The notes under the pieces are model-generated. The model did no database searches. It was not told the DNA's origin and saw only the letters and a program-made list of their open reading frames with translations. Position numbers and translations under genes: made by a program. A stretch of DNA of 64,000 nucleotides from Amoebophrya sp. A120 (taxonomy: Eukaryota; Protista; Dinoflagellata), in assembly GCA_905178155.1 (NCBI GenBank), contig CAJINV010000011.1, positions 196,154-260,153 of the forward strand, read 5' to 3'. Each line of letters opens with the position of its first letter. The first letter of the stretch is position 1. Shown piece after piece: positions 50,547 through 62,971 of this stretch.

Positions 50547-53500
50547 GATAATATCTTTATTTCCGTCATGGTCATACTTTTTTCCATTTTATTTCGGAAC
50601 AATTGATGCGTTCATGACCGTGATGACTACCAGTAGTTCTGACAGAGGGAAGTGGAAATGTGTTCTTCTTTACTAGTAAAGTTTTTCTATCGTCGTCAAC
50701 GTCGTGTCTTATTTCATCAGTTTAGCGTAATTGTTCTCATTGCTCCTGATGTGTGCTTGAGTTGTATACAAACTTGCCGCAAAAATACAATTGATACAAA
50801 GACAGATCCTAAGTGAAGCCGGTACTAGAGGCCGCATATTACAACTGATCCGGCTTCGAGAATGTGTTTGTTATGGCAGTAAGCAAACGCGAACGTGAAA
50901 AAAATAGGGATCTTCGACAAGGCTCGTACACAAGATGAATTAAATGCGAAAAGCTGAAACGTCGAAGATCACTTCTGTACTGTATGTCATGAGTTTGTTT
51001 GTGTTTACTGTTCTCGTACGTTGATCAGACATACAAAACGCAATTTACATTTTCAAGCTCCACGATACTTACTGTTTTGCAAACCAAGAAGTACTTCAAC
51101 CCTTCACATGAACAGCTTCTGCAGTTTAGACCAGAGTAGTTGCGGACTACGCCGCCAAAAACACAGAAACGTCGCAACATTTTGCGCTTTTTTCTTGACC
51201 TTCGCCTTGATCATCGACTTCATGCCGTAGCTCGTTATGTACATTCGTTTTGCCCTGGGTCGTTAGTAGGGCCTTTCATCCTCTCGAACAAGAAACACAG
51301 GCGCCGCGGACCCCTGGTTGCCGACCGGCCGCACCACATAAGTCGACGTCGACCGACGTGCGTGGGCGCAAGGCCCACGGCCCTGCGAGTTTCGTGCCGA
51401 CGGGCTGCGCCGCTGCTGCGGGGCGCCCCATAATTGCGCCTACCGAGACATTGGGCCCGGGGCTGGCACACGCTGGGAGGCCCAGAAAAGAAACCGCCCA
51501 TCGCTGCCGCTTTGCGAGGGGGTGGGGGGGCGCAGCAAATACGCAAAAGCGCGGCGCCCCATCCTGCCGCGCGCTCGCTGCCGGGGGCCACAGGCCACCC
51601 GGAAACAGCCGAACAGAATGTATGAAAGACGGGCCAACGAGGCGGCCGGCTTGGGAGATTGCCGACGGCGCGAAGCTTCCGCGGGGGCGGACGCGCCGCC
51701 ATCGGTCGCCCAGCCAAAGTTGTTAGGCGCACGCGCATACTTACGACGGCCCACCCTCGCCGGGTGTGCCGCCGGCACTACCAGCGCGCTTTTTGGGCGG
51801 CATAGCTGGTCTCCCTAGTCCGCCCGATGTAGGAGGTAGTCCATGTATTCCCGCCGTGCTGCCAGCCCACCCCCCGGGCTTGCCTCCTCAAAAGCGCGGG
51901 CGCGACGCCACGAAAACCCGACCCCTGCTTCGCGCGCATGCGACACACACTGGCTGGAAGGCGCGCGGCCGGCGCAACTGGCCGCAGACCCGCCACACCA
52001 TGGACCACCCCAGGCGCGGGAGTGCCTTTGCTGTGCCAGCCAGTTGCAAGCTGTGCGCACTCGTGCGAGCGGGACGCGCGCGCAAAACACGCGCACGGCA
52101 TCCCCGACGGCCTCTCTGCGCGAGGATTTGCCTATTAGTGGGGGCTGCCTCAAATCGCGCCGCGTTTCCTCTGCAGTGCTGCCATCGCCTACGCTCGCCA
52201 CCGCCCTGCTGGGGTCGGCGCGCTGTCGCCCCGGGCGTTTTCGTGCCTCCCTCTGCCCTCCGGCCCCGCCTCCCTCACTCTTGAAACACAGAGGCCGGGG
52301 GCATTCACGCCGTCGGTGGCGAAAGCTAGCGCGCGCAGACGCCGGCGACCGACGGCCCGGCACGCCGGTTAGCAGACGAGCGAAACAAGCGAGGCCGGGC
52401 CCCCACAAGACGCAAACCATCGCAGGCACCCGGAAGCACCTTCGTCGCCCGCGGCGTAGGTCTGCCGTTTCTTCGGCCCAGTGCTTGGCTTTGAGCAGTG
52501 CTGTTACGGCCCAACTATTCTCGCGGCCTACCCTGGACAAACTTGAGGAAAAAGCGAGCGCGCCACGCGACAGCGCGGTAAGGTAAGCCGGGCCCGCTGC
52601 TGATGAAACCCGTCAAACTTCCGCCGCCGCCGCCGCCGGCGCTTTGCTCCCGGCATTTCCCCTCGCCGCCACCTTGCTTTTTTTGTCAGCTGTCTTTCCA
52701 CCCATCGGTCGCGCGGGCCTTTAGCTCGCGCGATGGGTGAGCCTTCTGGCCTCCTCGCAAGCGCGGGCCAACTATACGCAGGGGGGGGCCCCCCCGCAAG
52801 CGCGGGCCAGAGCAGCCCCGTCGCAAGAGCGTGCGGGCGCCACCGGAAAGCGGTCGCGCTTTCTGGCCCAGTCCGTCCCCGCGCACAACGCTGGCGGCAC
52901 AACTGGCCCCCTTTAGCTTTACGTGGCGGCTGCTGCGCCATGGCGCCCAGGCTTTCCTTTGCTCGGCGGCGCCGTTGTAGTGCGTTGGAGAACAAGCGCC
53001 CCCCATTGCCGTCCGGCCTTGGAAAATTCGCAGACCGTGGGCGGGGCGCCCTCCACGCAGGTTCTGCAGACCATATCGGGGGGCCCTCGGTTATGGCAGT
53101 AAACACACGAGGGAGCGCCGCCAACGAGATCAGGCCCAAGCGCTCGGCCATTCTCCAACGCGCGCATGGTCTTCTCCCACCCAAGTCCCCACACAGGCCG
53201 CGCACCTTCGCAAGCGTGCGGGAGCTCCAGCGCCATGCTTTAGATAATGGCCCGCGGCGTCAGGTGGCGCGCTGCGTATTCGTCAGCAGGCACCCGCGCC
53301 GGCTTGGTGGGGCCCGACTCACTTGGCCGATACTGCCACCAACACCAAGGCCGGATGGGCTCGTCACCTGCGAAAAAGAAACGGCGGCGCGGTTTGCTAC
53401 GAAGTACTGGCGGTAGAAGATGACACAGCAAGTCGAAGCGCAAAAGAAGAACACCAGAAATTTTTGCATTTTTGAACACATCCCTGTTGAGCGGGTTCAC

Positions 53501-53683
53501 ACCATTCAATTCCGAGGGTCGGATTTATTATTTGAAATTCCAGAAGACCCTTCATCGGTGTAAAAATATGTGCGCGTTCTTTATCTTTTCTTTTTGCAAC
53601 ATTCTCGTCTTGATAAATTGAAATTGAGCAACCTCTTGATCAGAAGAACATCCTGGGTACTACTACGACTAGCTACAAAGAGC

Positions 53684-54836
53684 TTATTCTTCCAGTTCGT
53701 CGAACATGGGATCGAGTTGCCACGCCCGCTTCGCTCCAACTTGCACCGCGGTGGGCTTGTTCCGCTCGCGGCGGTATTCCGGCAAGTTCTGCGCGTCGCC
53801 GAACACGTCGAAATGCTCCAGCAGCTTGCGGTACCCGACGGCCTCGCTGGGTTCCCAGTTCTCGAAGTTCTCCAGCGCCTGCAGGTGCCGGACCGCTTCC
53901 ACCTTGCCGTACTTCAGGTACTGGTTAGGCCAGCGCCGGACACTGTTCAAGTGGTCCGCGAAGGTCTGCAGGCACGGGTGCTTCTTCTTGCTCTGTTTCT
54001 CCCGGCGCATGATGCGCGTCAAGATCTCGTCCCCCTGGTCCCAGGGCAGCTTGGGAAACTTGTACTTGATCTGCGAGTTATGCATTGCAAAAGTTTCCTC
54101 GTACTTGGTAGTAGAAATTGCATCACAAATTTTCATTTTCGTATAGAAGAAACAGTAAACTGTAATTTTCATGCAGATGTAGGTAGGAAGCCACATTTGT
54201 AATGCATGATTTCGATTAGTACGAATACGATAAACTTTTGCACAGGATACAAGTCTGCGTTCGGCAGCATGGTGGTGTGGGACCGCTTCTTCAAACTTCC
54301 GTTGTACCAACTGGTCTGATATGTACTGCAAAAGCATGCGCAACGTTCTCGTAGTAATCGCAGTCATGCATTACTGCAAGCTCGTTTCTTGAGGCGAATC
54401 CACATTACAACAAATCCCGATTCTCATCATGCTGAGCAAATTTGTCATGCGCTTTCTACTAGAAGTGCGATGCTTGTGCAGTTCATATCTCACTGTTCAA
54501 ACCGTACCGGGCAGCCAGCAGCTTCGCCGTTGCGGCTTTGGAGGAGGCGGAAGTTGTTGGTTGTGTTATAGGTGCTGTTGAAGGCAGAGGAGCAGCTTCC
54601 CCTTCCCGCATGGATGAACAGGAGCTTTCTGTTGCAGAGGATGAAACAAGAACAGTCCCGACACAATTACTGTTCGATGTTCTTGTAGTGCCGTTCAAGT
54701 GGGACATGTCGTTCTGGATGCAGTTCGTCGCTCGACGCCGCATCGACGCTGCTGGAGGCGGTCCTCGAAACGTGGAGGCACCGCAAGCGGCCCGACCTGC
54801 TGGTGCCAGGCGAGGAGCATTATTGAAAACGACCAT
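53684..54836 (-). CDS. Hypothetical protein with mitochondrial presequence-like N-terminus
   Basis: Exons 54836-54488, 54314-54250, 54073-53684; frame open after removing two introners. Arg/Ala-rich N-terminus with no acidic residues. Confidence 0.65.
54079..54249. mobile_element. Introner, family B
   Basis: tatgcattgcaaaagttt / aaacttttgcacaggata; DR cgagt/caagt. Confidence 0.85.
54320..54487. mobile_element. Introner, family B
   Basis: tatgtactgcaaaagcat / atgcttgtgcagttcata; DR tctga/tctca. Confidence 0.85.
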
Positions 54837-55318
54837 GATGAGTTTGTTAATATGTCTTGGTACTGCTGCGGCCCCAACTTCTTCGCTGAGAGGACATTGG
54901 ATGAATTCACTTTTTTACCGCACCATCTCTGTTGCTTGTACAGATCAGCACAAGAACTCTTGGACCCTCGCTCGTCACCGCATACGGCTTGGGAAATCCA
55001 TTGGAACTCTTGGACATTCTCCGAGCCCGAGGCATCGGGAGTGCAGGCGGAACACGACCGCCACAAGAACACAGCGCAATACACAATTCAAATTCAACCG
55101 CGGTTGACGTGAAGGAACTGACACGAAATATAATTTATCTATCTATTCATAACGAGCGCTTGCGCTACTTCGAGGATTACATTATTGGCGCCTCGTATTA
55201 CATATGATCACGCGGGAAGACGTGACCACTCGGACGTTGCAACACGTTCACGTCGTGCTGTTTTGTTGTTGCTCATCATGTCACGCATCAAATGGGAGTC
55301 GCGCAGGCGCAAGTTGTG

Positions 55319-57100
55319 CTATCTCCGCGTCAAGTCAAAGTGTATCTGCATCCAGAGGGAAAACAACCCGATCGCGCCACCGAAAATGTTGCCCCAGAGC
55401 ACGAGCCAGCCGAGATGTTTCCTGATCATTTCCTCTAGCAAACGCTTGACGAGGTCGGGGGAAAGCAATTCCAGTTTCTCTGTCATGAGCAGGTCAATCT
55501 CCACCTTGATACGCTCCACGGACAAGAAACTGCCGACCTGAAAGAAGGTTGGTGTTTATTTGGTGCTACATCATGGAATACTGCGTGTGCGTTTTCATCT
55601 CATGCTTAACGTTAAGGTTCTGCATTTTCGTATGACAAATAGAAATGCACATCCGAAAATACCGCAAGTTCTAGTAGTTGTTCGTGAGATCATTTTTCGA
55701 AAATTTTTTTTCGTAAAGTACGTCCAGATTCGTGGTCAGATCTTTTGCGAGCGCGGCCAAGGTCGGCTTCAGCATGGGCATGAGGCCGTCGAAGGAACCC
55801 CCAAACATTTGCTTGATCATGTTGAGCATCATTCCCTCGGGCGTCGCGGCCACTTCCTCCATCTTTTGCTTCAGCGTCGTCTCAAACCCCGGTTTGTCCA
55901 GCAGGCTCGGGATGTCAAACTGCTCCAGAAGTTTCGGCACCCGGGTGTTAAGGTAGGAGTTCAAGAACCTGATTTATTTGGTGGAGTGTTCTTGAAAGGA
56001 TGTGCTGTCATGCGATGAAAAGCATGCAATAGTGGTCGTTCGATTTTGAATCTATGTTGGTACGTATGATACATCAAAAGAGGAAGAATACAACTGTCGA
56101 ATTTGAAACAAAATGAGTACTCGTCGTCAAAAAACGCTTTCATGATCGTTGACTTGACAACCGTCCTAATTTCCTTGAATCGGGCTGGGATCACGCCGGA
56201 GCCCGGTAAATTACACACCGGTTCGAACAGCATTTTAATCGCGAGCCAGTTTGTGAACCCGCCCGCGAAACCGAAGAGCCCGAACGCGAGGATGTAATTC
56301 TGTTCCCGTTGCTCGTCCGTCTCAAACCACACAACCTGCAGCCACAGTCCGAAAAGCATCACGCAGAAGGTGGCGAAATTGCTCACGTCGCCCTTATTCA
56401 AGTAGGGGTGCAGCCAGGGGGGGAGAAACTGTCGGGCGTGGGCGTCAAGTTTCTCGACCAACAGGTTGAGCTGAGCAGTCGGTCCTCGTCCGCCAGAAGC
56501 AGCAGTTGTACTATCGTTAGCGGGCGTGCCTGGGTCAACAACATCGTAGCTCCCGCTCCTGTCAAGAAATTTCGCAGTTTCCGAAGAGTTGGCACTCAGA
56601 CCCGTCACGGGCGTTTCTTGCAGCTCGATTGCAACGTGGTGCACTGCTCCGATGGCCGTGGACGATGAACTAGAGGTGGCTGTGGAGGAAGAAGTAGAGG
56701 TGGACGAGGCTGTACTTGAACCAATTTTTTGTGGTCCACCAGCATGTAGTTCTGCTGCGGGCCTCTTGCTACTGCTGCTCGAGGAGGCTGAAGATGCTGC
56801 CGTGATCTTCGTACCTTGGTCGTCCTGTGCCGGCACAACTTTCGCACCACCGTCGGAGTTCTTCTTACTGTCAGTGCTGGGCATCGGCAGAGAGGTGCTC
56901 CCTCCGGAAGAGCTTGATGCACCAGCGGACGAGGTCATGTTGCTGGGTTCCAGAGCAGGCGATAACTCGCTTGTGATTGATCCCAGAGGCCGTGGATCCG
57001 GCACCGCGATCACGAAGATTGATTGTAGTGACGCGACGGCAAGAACATTGTACACAAGAAATGCGAAAGAGCACCTGAAGAAAAACTTCGGGACCTTCAC
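55319..57100 (-). CDS. DUF445 (YheB-like) membrane protein
   Basis: Exons 57100-56121, 55968-55722, 55537-55319 via two GT-AG introns. Motifs GGFTNWLAIKMLF, GVIPARFKEI, EEMIRKHLGWLVLWGNIFGGAIG. Confidence 0.8.
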
Positions 57101-57483
57101 AGAGCTCTCCGGATCATCTTGTTCCAGCTGGATGAGCTGAAAACAGTCAGCAAATTGCTAAAACGAAGCAGAAGAAATGAGGTCGGAAAAAAACGAATAT
57201 TACCGAAATACAAATAAAACGAGAAAACAAAAAAATAGAGTGAGGAATACGGAAGTAAAGGTGAGAAGCCTGAAAAAAAAATTCTGCGATGAACACGACA
57301 GCACAGGGGCCCCGCGACGAATGATCCGCCTACTACGGACAGCAAATATTAGACCGCAGCAAGAGACATTACCGGTTTTGGTTTTCAACTTCACGGTATA
57401 AAGTTTTCTCGAAAATAGCGATCGGCTCCTACCTGTCCACAATGGCGCAACAACATCATTGCTGCTGTTGAAGCTGTAGCTGA

Positions 57484-59586
57484 TCAGGCCCCAGCATAGT
57501 TTTTCCCCTCATGATCGTTTAAAAGCATGGTCAGGTACACTCGCCACTGCCCGGCGAGGCGAACCATCTCGCAGATCGCCCTGCGGAGATCTACTCTCGT
57601 CGCCTGCTTCTCAACTCGCGTATTCAGTAGCTGTTTCCAGCTCGCCAGCAAATCCACAGGAATTTCGAACGACGCTGCGGTGGAATGGGAGTCTTCTTGC
57701 TCGTAGGCTCGATTTGTGGGATCATCATCATACAGCCCCGGGCTTCTACCGTGACTGAAAGGTTGCCCCAGATCTGATGGTGGATATGGATTAGGATTAT
57801 TACTCGCAACGGCAGCGTTATTCTCTTGTATCAGCAAGAGCTGTCGCATCAGCTGCCGTTCCAACGCCTTCCTTCTTCGCGCGGACGAGTTGTCACAAAC
57901 TCTGATTCGTTGAAAGCCCGTAGCAGTTCCTGCACCCTGCAGCTCCTGCGCTGGATCTTCGTTCGAAGCAATCGGCAAATCCAAGCCCAGGTCGAAGAGT
58001 CGTTCGGCCAAGTCGAGGATGGCCTGTTTGCTCATGCATCGGTAGGCGAGACGATTGTGGTACTCGGTGTAATTGTGGCTGGTACAATCGCCATCCGTTT
58101 TGTACTGTTGACCTGACGGCCTTTCATGGCCCGTGTGCGGCGAAGAAGCATCAGTTCTCCTCGTTGGCAGGCCGTCTTGTTCTATCGGGTGGTCTACTCC
58201 AAGTGTGGTCGTATCAAAATTCCACTCCGGCTTTTGTGGTTTTGCATTCATCTTCGTCGTCGTCGTCCCGGAGGAAGAGGTGCCAGCAGGAGCTCCCTCT
58301 TGTCGTAAACATGATGACCCGACTTGTCGTCCATTCTCACCCTCAGACGAAACCAAAACCAGCTGTTCTGCGAAGCACCGCAGCTCCTGCTCCAGCGCCC
58401 ACACCTTCTCTTTCGTCCACCGCAGAGAATTTCCCGCGTGACCCGTTTGCTCCACTTCTGTCGCGCAGCGTCCTCCGGAGGATTTCAACATACTCGCATT
58501 CCACTTCGCTACCTGCCTCTCGAGCGCGAGAATCTGGGCTTTCAAGAGGAAAACCCGCCGTTCGTCCGCGTTTTCCAATTCCTTTCCCTCGTCCCGTAAA
58601 AATTCCCAGAGTTTCCACGGACTGCTGTTGGCGGTCCGCTCCAGGGCCAGCTGGGCGGTGGTCGTTTCCAGTCTTTTTCGCAGCCGCTCGTTATCGGCGG
58701 CGAGTTCTCTGAAAACCTCAATCACTTCCGCAAGATGTTCTTGTCCGGTTTGCTCATCTCCATCACCCTCGCCGGCCGTCAACCTACTGGTGCGACGCTG
58801 GCACTCTGCCCTCGTCACATGATGTCCTCGCCGCTTCTTGAATTCGTTCGAGAAACTAGGGCAATTGCGCAAGAAGGAATCCACTTCAGATCTGAAAGCA
58901 GCAAGGTTTTTTACCATAGTGCCGTGGTCTTGATGTTGATCTACATCTACTCCCGTGTTCCTCCTCCTGCTGCCTCGTCCGCTAGTGCCGGGACCGGCTT
59001 CCAGGTGGTCCACGACGCCACTTGCGCTGTAGAAGTCTGCTGACGACGCCGTGGTGTCTTTGGTTGTCTGCGCGGAGGTCCTCGGAAAATGATCCTGCTG
59101 TGCCATAAACATCACCCCGTCCTCGTGGTCTTGTTCCGGTCTATCAGTTGCAAAATCGGAATTCCAAGCTGGACGTGAGGACAGGTCAGCATTCATCTTC
59201 GCGCCGCTCGTTTTAGACACCGATCTCCTGCGTGGAGGACGGGTCATCTCTCCCTGGTGTTGTTCCTGCCCGAAGGTAGTGGTGTCTGGTGGCTCATTTA
59301 ACATTTTCGACCTAGAAGACTTTTGGTGAAAATTGACCACTGAGGAGGACCGCGCTCTGGAAGATAAGGTGCCGAACCCTCCATCTTCGATCGGAACTGA
59401 GTCGCCCTGAAGACGCTGATGTTGACCGAACGTACCGGGCTCCTGCTTACTCTGCGTGCGCCCAGGTGGTCCTCGGGGTTGCTGCGGTGCTCCAGTTGGA
59501 CCTCCCGGAGCAGTCAGACGCAGAGACCGGCTCGTGGATGGTTGGTGTGTTGGACCTCCGGGTTCCGTCCGACGGGGACCGAACAT
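57484..59586 (-). CDS. Hypothetical coiled-coil protein, 700 aa
   Basis: Long uninterrupted ORF with heptad-like segments (ELAADNERLRKRLE; LLKAQILALERQV). Confidence 0.7.
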   Translation of the reverse strand: MFGPRRTEPGGPTHQPSTSRSLRLTAPGGPTGAPQQPRGPPGRTQSKQEPGTFGQHQRLQGDSVPIEDGGFGTLSSRARSSSVVNFHQKSSRSKMLNEPPDTTTFGQEQHQGEMTRPPRRRSVSKTSGAKMNADLSSRPAWNSDFATDRPEQDHEDGVMFMAQQDHFPRTSAQTTKDTTASSADFYSASGVVDHLEAGPGTSGRGSRRRNTGVDVDQHQDHGTMVKNLAAFRSEVDSFLRNCPSFSNEFKKRRGHHVTRAECQRRTSRLTAGEGDGDEQTGQEHLAEVIEVFRELAADNERLRKRLETTTAQLALERTANSSPWKLWEFLRDEGKELENADERRVFLLKAQILALERQVAKWNASMLKSSGGRCATEVEQTGHAGNSLRWTKEKVWALEQELRCFAEQLVLVSSEGENGRQVGSSCLRQEGAPAGTSSSGTTTTKMNAKPQKPEWNFDTTTLGVDHPIEQDGLPTRRTDASSPHTGHERPSGQQYKTDGDCTSHNYTEYHNRLAYRCMSKQAILDLAERLFDLGLDLPIASNEDPAQELQGAGTATGFQRIRVCDNSSARRRKALERQLMRQLLLIQENNAAVASNNPNPYPPSDLGQPFSHGRSPGLYDDDPTNRAYEQEDSHSTAASFEIPVDLLASWKQLLNTRVEKQATRVDLRRAICEMVRLAGQWRVYLTMLLNDHEGKNYAGA

Positions 59587-60250
59587 CTTCTTGCTCTGGG
59601 ATGTTGGAATTGCTCGTCGATTATTCTGCTACCTACGACCTCCTTCATGCTAAAAAAAAAATTGAAAACGTCGACGACCACGAGGAACATCGCCAGCACA
59701 AGAACTCCCGGTAGATCTTTTGTCGATCTACTTCTACCAATGAACGCAAGATCGTAGCGGTGTTGACAATTCTTGAACTGTGGCCGTATCACGGGTGTCG
59801 GTGTCGTCGCACGAGTGACTGGAGTTGCGTTATTTCATTGTCTTCATACATCATCTTCTTCACACCATCTACGGCCGACAATTCAACATCTACGGCCGAC
59901 AATTTGTGCATCGCCATTCTGTTCTGGTAGTTGCGTCACAGATATATTTATACCTGTCCACGACCAGAACAATCTGATGGTAATAGTCGCCTTCGTCAAA
60001 TTTTTGGTTCAAAGGATTTACATGGTCGCATTATGTGTTTTCTGGAACTACAAGGCCACAGCCTATGTCACGGTACTTATACCTGAAATTGGTGCGGCAC
60101 TAACTTAAAAATTTGTCAATGTGGATGAAATCGAAACATCTTCTCATGATTGATTAGGATAGGAAAGTCATTTTCTGATACAACCGCAAACCCGAAGGCC
60201 AGACGTTACTTCACCTACGCCACCAGCGAGAAACTACAACTCTTCCGGCG

Positions 60251-62971
60251 TCAAAAATGCGGGACCAATCCCCAGATCGTGTTCTCCACAAACCCGCCCC
60301 GTAACTCGCGCATTTTGGTAAAGTGGACAAAATTCTTCAGCACCACCGCCACGCCGCCGGACAGCAGGAAAAATCGGCCGGAAACGACGATTCCGTCATT
60401 CGGCCCAAGAGAAACCACTTCCAGGTCGCTGAACAAGTTCTCGGTCGAGGAAAGCTGGTAGCGGCTCCTGTCAAAAGAAGTTGTACGTGAGTTGTTCTTG
60501 TCCTCTCCGCATGTTGTTCTGTAGCTGAAGCAGAGCGTCGACGAGGCCACCCTCACCAACAAATTCTCGACTAGCGGTATCGTCTGCAAAGCAGAGAACA
60601 GTGATGTCACTATGGCGCTAGCAGATGAGGTAATAAAGTGCGAGCTGTTCTTCTTGTGGCTGTGATCGTCGTTCTGGTCATCCGCTGTACCAGGCGGCGT
60701 GCTTCTATTTGCCGCTCTCGTCAAGCCGTCTTTAGAAGAGGTCGTACTAGTAGTCACGTTTCTTGCGGCCGCCACCTCCACTATCTTTTTTCGCTGCTCC
60801 AGCAGCACCCGTTCGCGGATTTGCCGCACGACCAGCCGGGCAGTGGTCTCCGCGACGTACCCGTTGCGGTTTCGTTGGGACTGCACTGTCTTTTGGGTGT
60901 ATTTTTTCTGTCGTCCCGCCGAATTTCTTTCACCGGCACGGGGGCCGTGTTTTTTCCGCTTCGCGCAAAAGTAGGAAGTAGGCGAAACCAGCGCGAGTAT
61001 CAACAGGAAAAATTCCCCCTCCCCATATCAAAACGAAACCTCTGATGCTAGATTTGCGTACACAAATCCGATTTGTCTTGCAGTAAGGCAGCGCAGCCAG
61101 ATCCTCGGCCTAAGTAGGGGCGTTTTGGTCTAGTTGCTTAGCGTTACAAACGGCTGTCCCCTAGGCGCAACAGCATGCCAAATCGGTTCCATAATGTTGT
61201 CGAAGCTTCTGCGCTTGTCTTCTTGCAAGACAGACGTGATTTGTGGTCTCAAATCAGCAACACAAATTTTCGGAAACATACTTTTTCGATATGGGGAGGG
61301 GGGATTTTTCCATACAATAGCGAGCCCGACGTCCAGCACCGTGAGCGGAATGCTCCACAACGAGCTGCAAACCGAAGGACAGCGCCACGTGCTATTTCTG
61401 GTCATTGATGTTTTGTTCTTGCAGCTTCTGCTCGGAGAAGTACATTTAACTTTCTCCATCTTACCCACCAGGGATTCCGTGCTGCTTCCGCTCGACTTTA
61501 CCTCCACGTCCACTTGCTCATGTGGTTGTTGGGAAATCAAATCATCTTCGTCGTGTTCTGGTACTACCGCAGCGCTCTTGTCTCCTCCAAGTAATCCTTC
61601 ATCCTGTATTTCCGGACCTCCGAGTTCCGCGGCGTCACCCACTACAAACACGTTCTTCTCCAAAAAACCATGGACCTGCAACTGCCGGTTCGCGCGGAGG
61701 TGGTTTTTAGTGCTGATGCTGTCCGTACCCGTAGATGATTGTGGGTAGCAGCGGTAAACGCGGAGGTAGGAGCTCCTAGTATCTTCTCCGTTTGTACCGT
61801 CATTTTTCCGCTCCACCTCGTCATCTCCGTACACAATTCGCACGCGTTTTGTCCTTTCGAAATACTTCAGAACGTACTGCCGTGCGCTCTTCGGGTAGTC
61901 CTTCAGAACCTGACTGCGACCCCGACTGGCCAGCTGCAGGTCGATGTGCAACTGGGGGAAGTAATGCAACAGATCCGCGCACAGTTCGACTCCGACCACC
62001 CCGGCGCCAATCACTTTCACACGAGAAGAGCCTGGGTTCATCACCGTTGAAGTAGAGTGCAGGACGCGTTTCTCGGTTTGCAGAAACTTCAGCCGGCCGG
62101 CGAGATCCAAATCTGCAGTCGAAAAATCATTGGTTGCGGCGGTGCTGGTGTTGCTCTCGTGCTTGTCCCCGGTCGCAGGCTCGACCACGTCGTTCTCGTT
62201 GATTCCGACGGCTCCGTAGCAGTCGGCTTTCCACACCTGGTACGCACTACCCGTTGCAATCACTGCGAAGTCGAATGGCACGGTCTGCAAAGTCGTATTT
62301 TTTGCCGCAGGAGCGTTCGTGAGTTGCAACGGCGGAGCTGAAGAGGACTTCTCCGTCTTTCTCACGACCTCCACCAGCGCCGCTCCAGGGTTCAGATTCC
62401 GGACAAGTCCTTGCTTGAAAACAATCTCGCAGGCAGGTGGTTTCATCGCGGTTTTCTTCCTGGAGAAGCTCGAAGAGACAACACTCCCTTGCAGCTCCGC
62501 GAAGTACTCCTCGTAGCGAAAGTGCGTGTAGTTGCGGCTCAGGAGAGTCGCAGTTCCGGGGATCAAATGACCAGAGGTCGTGGTCGTTCCATAACCCATG
62601 TTGCACCATCGGCGCTGGCACCACTGTGGAAGCAGGCTGCGAACCTTCTCCACGGCGAAACCCAGAACTTGGTGCGCTCTGCTTGTAGTTTTGGAGGGGG
62701 TGGAGGCGCTGCTGATCATATTGTCGTCGGAAAAATTATTATCCGCCGCCTCGCACATAGCCCGAATCGCACCGGGCGTGAATTCGAAGTACTCTTTTGC
62801 GTCGACCGCGGTGATATGGAGCTTAAAATTACTCGAAGCCAGTGTGGTCAAATTGCGCACCACATTGAGCCCCGCGAAACCCAAGCCGACAACGAGGACA
62901 CGCGCCTGCTCGTCGGAGCAGGTACTAAGATCCGTTTTCGGTGTTGACGAGTCTGGATGAGGGTCTGACAT
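60251..62971 (-). CDS. FAD/NAD(P)H-dependent oxidoreductase, AIFM2/FSP1-like
   Basis: Exons 62971-61320 and 60992-60251. Motifs VVGLGFAG, FEFTPG, FDFAVIATGS, VIGAGVVGVEL, NVFVVGD, VVSLGPNDG. Confidence 0.85.
60998..61319. mobile_element. Introner, family F
   Basis: TIR tatcaacaggaaaaattccccctccccatatc; exact DR gcgag. Confidence 0.92.

Noticed and set aside
45076-53416. Arg/Ala/Pro/Gly-rich ORFs in the GC-rich blocks (also 63134-63976)
   Set aside because: Expected from stop-codon scarcity at high GC; no protein motifs.
59867-59905. Short direct repeat catctacggccgacaatt x2
   Set aside because: Simple local duplication in intergenic DNA with no further structure.
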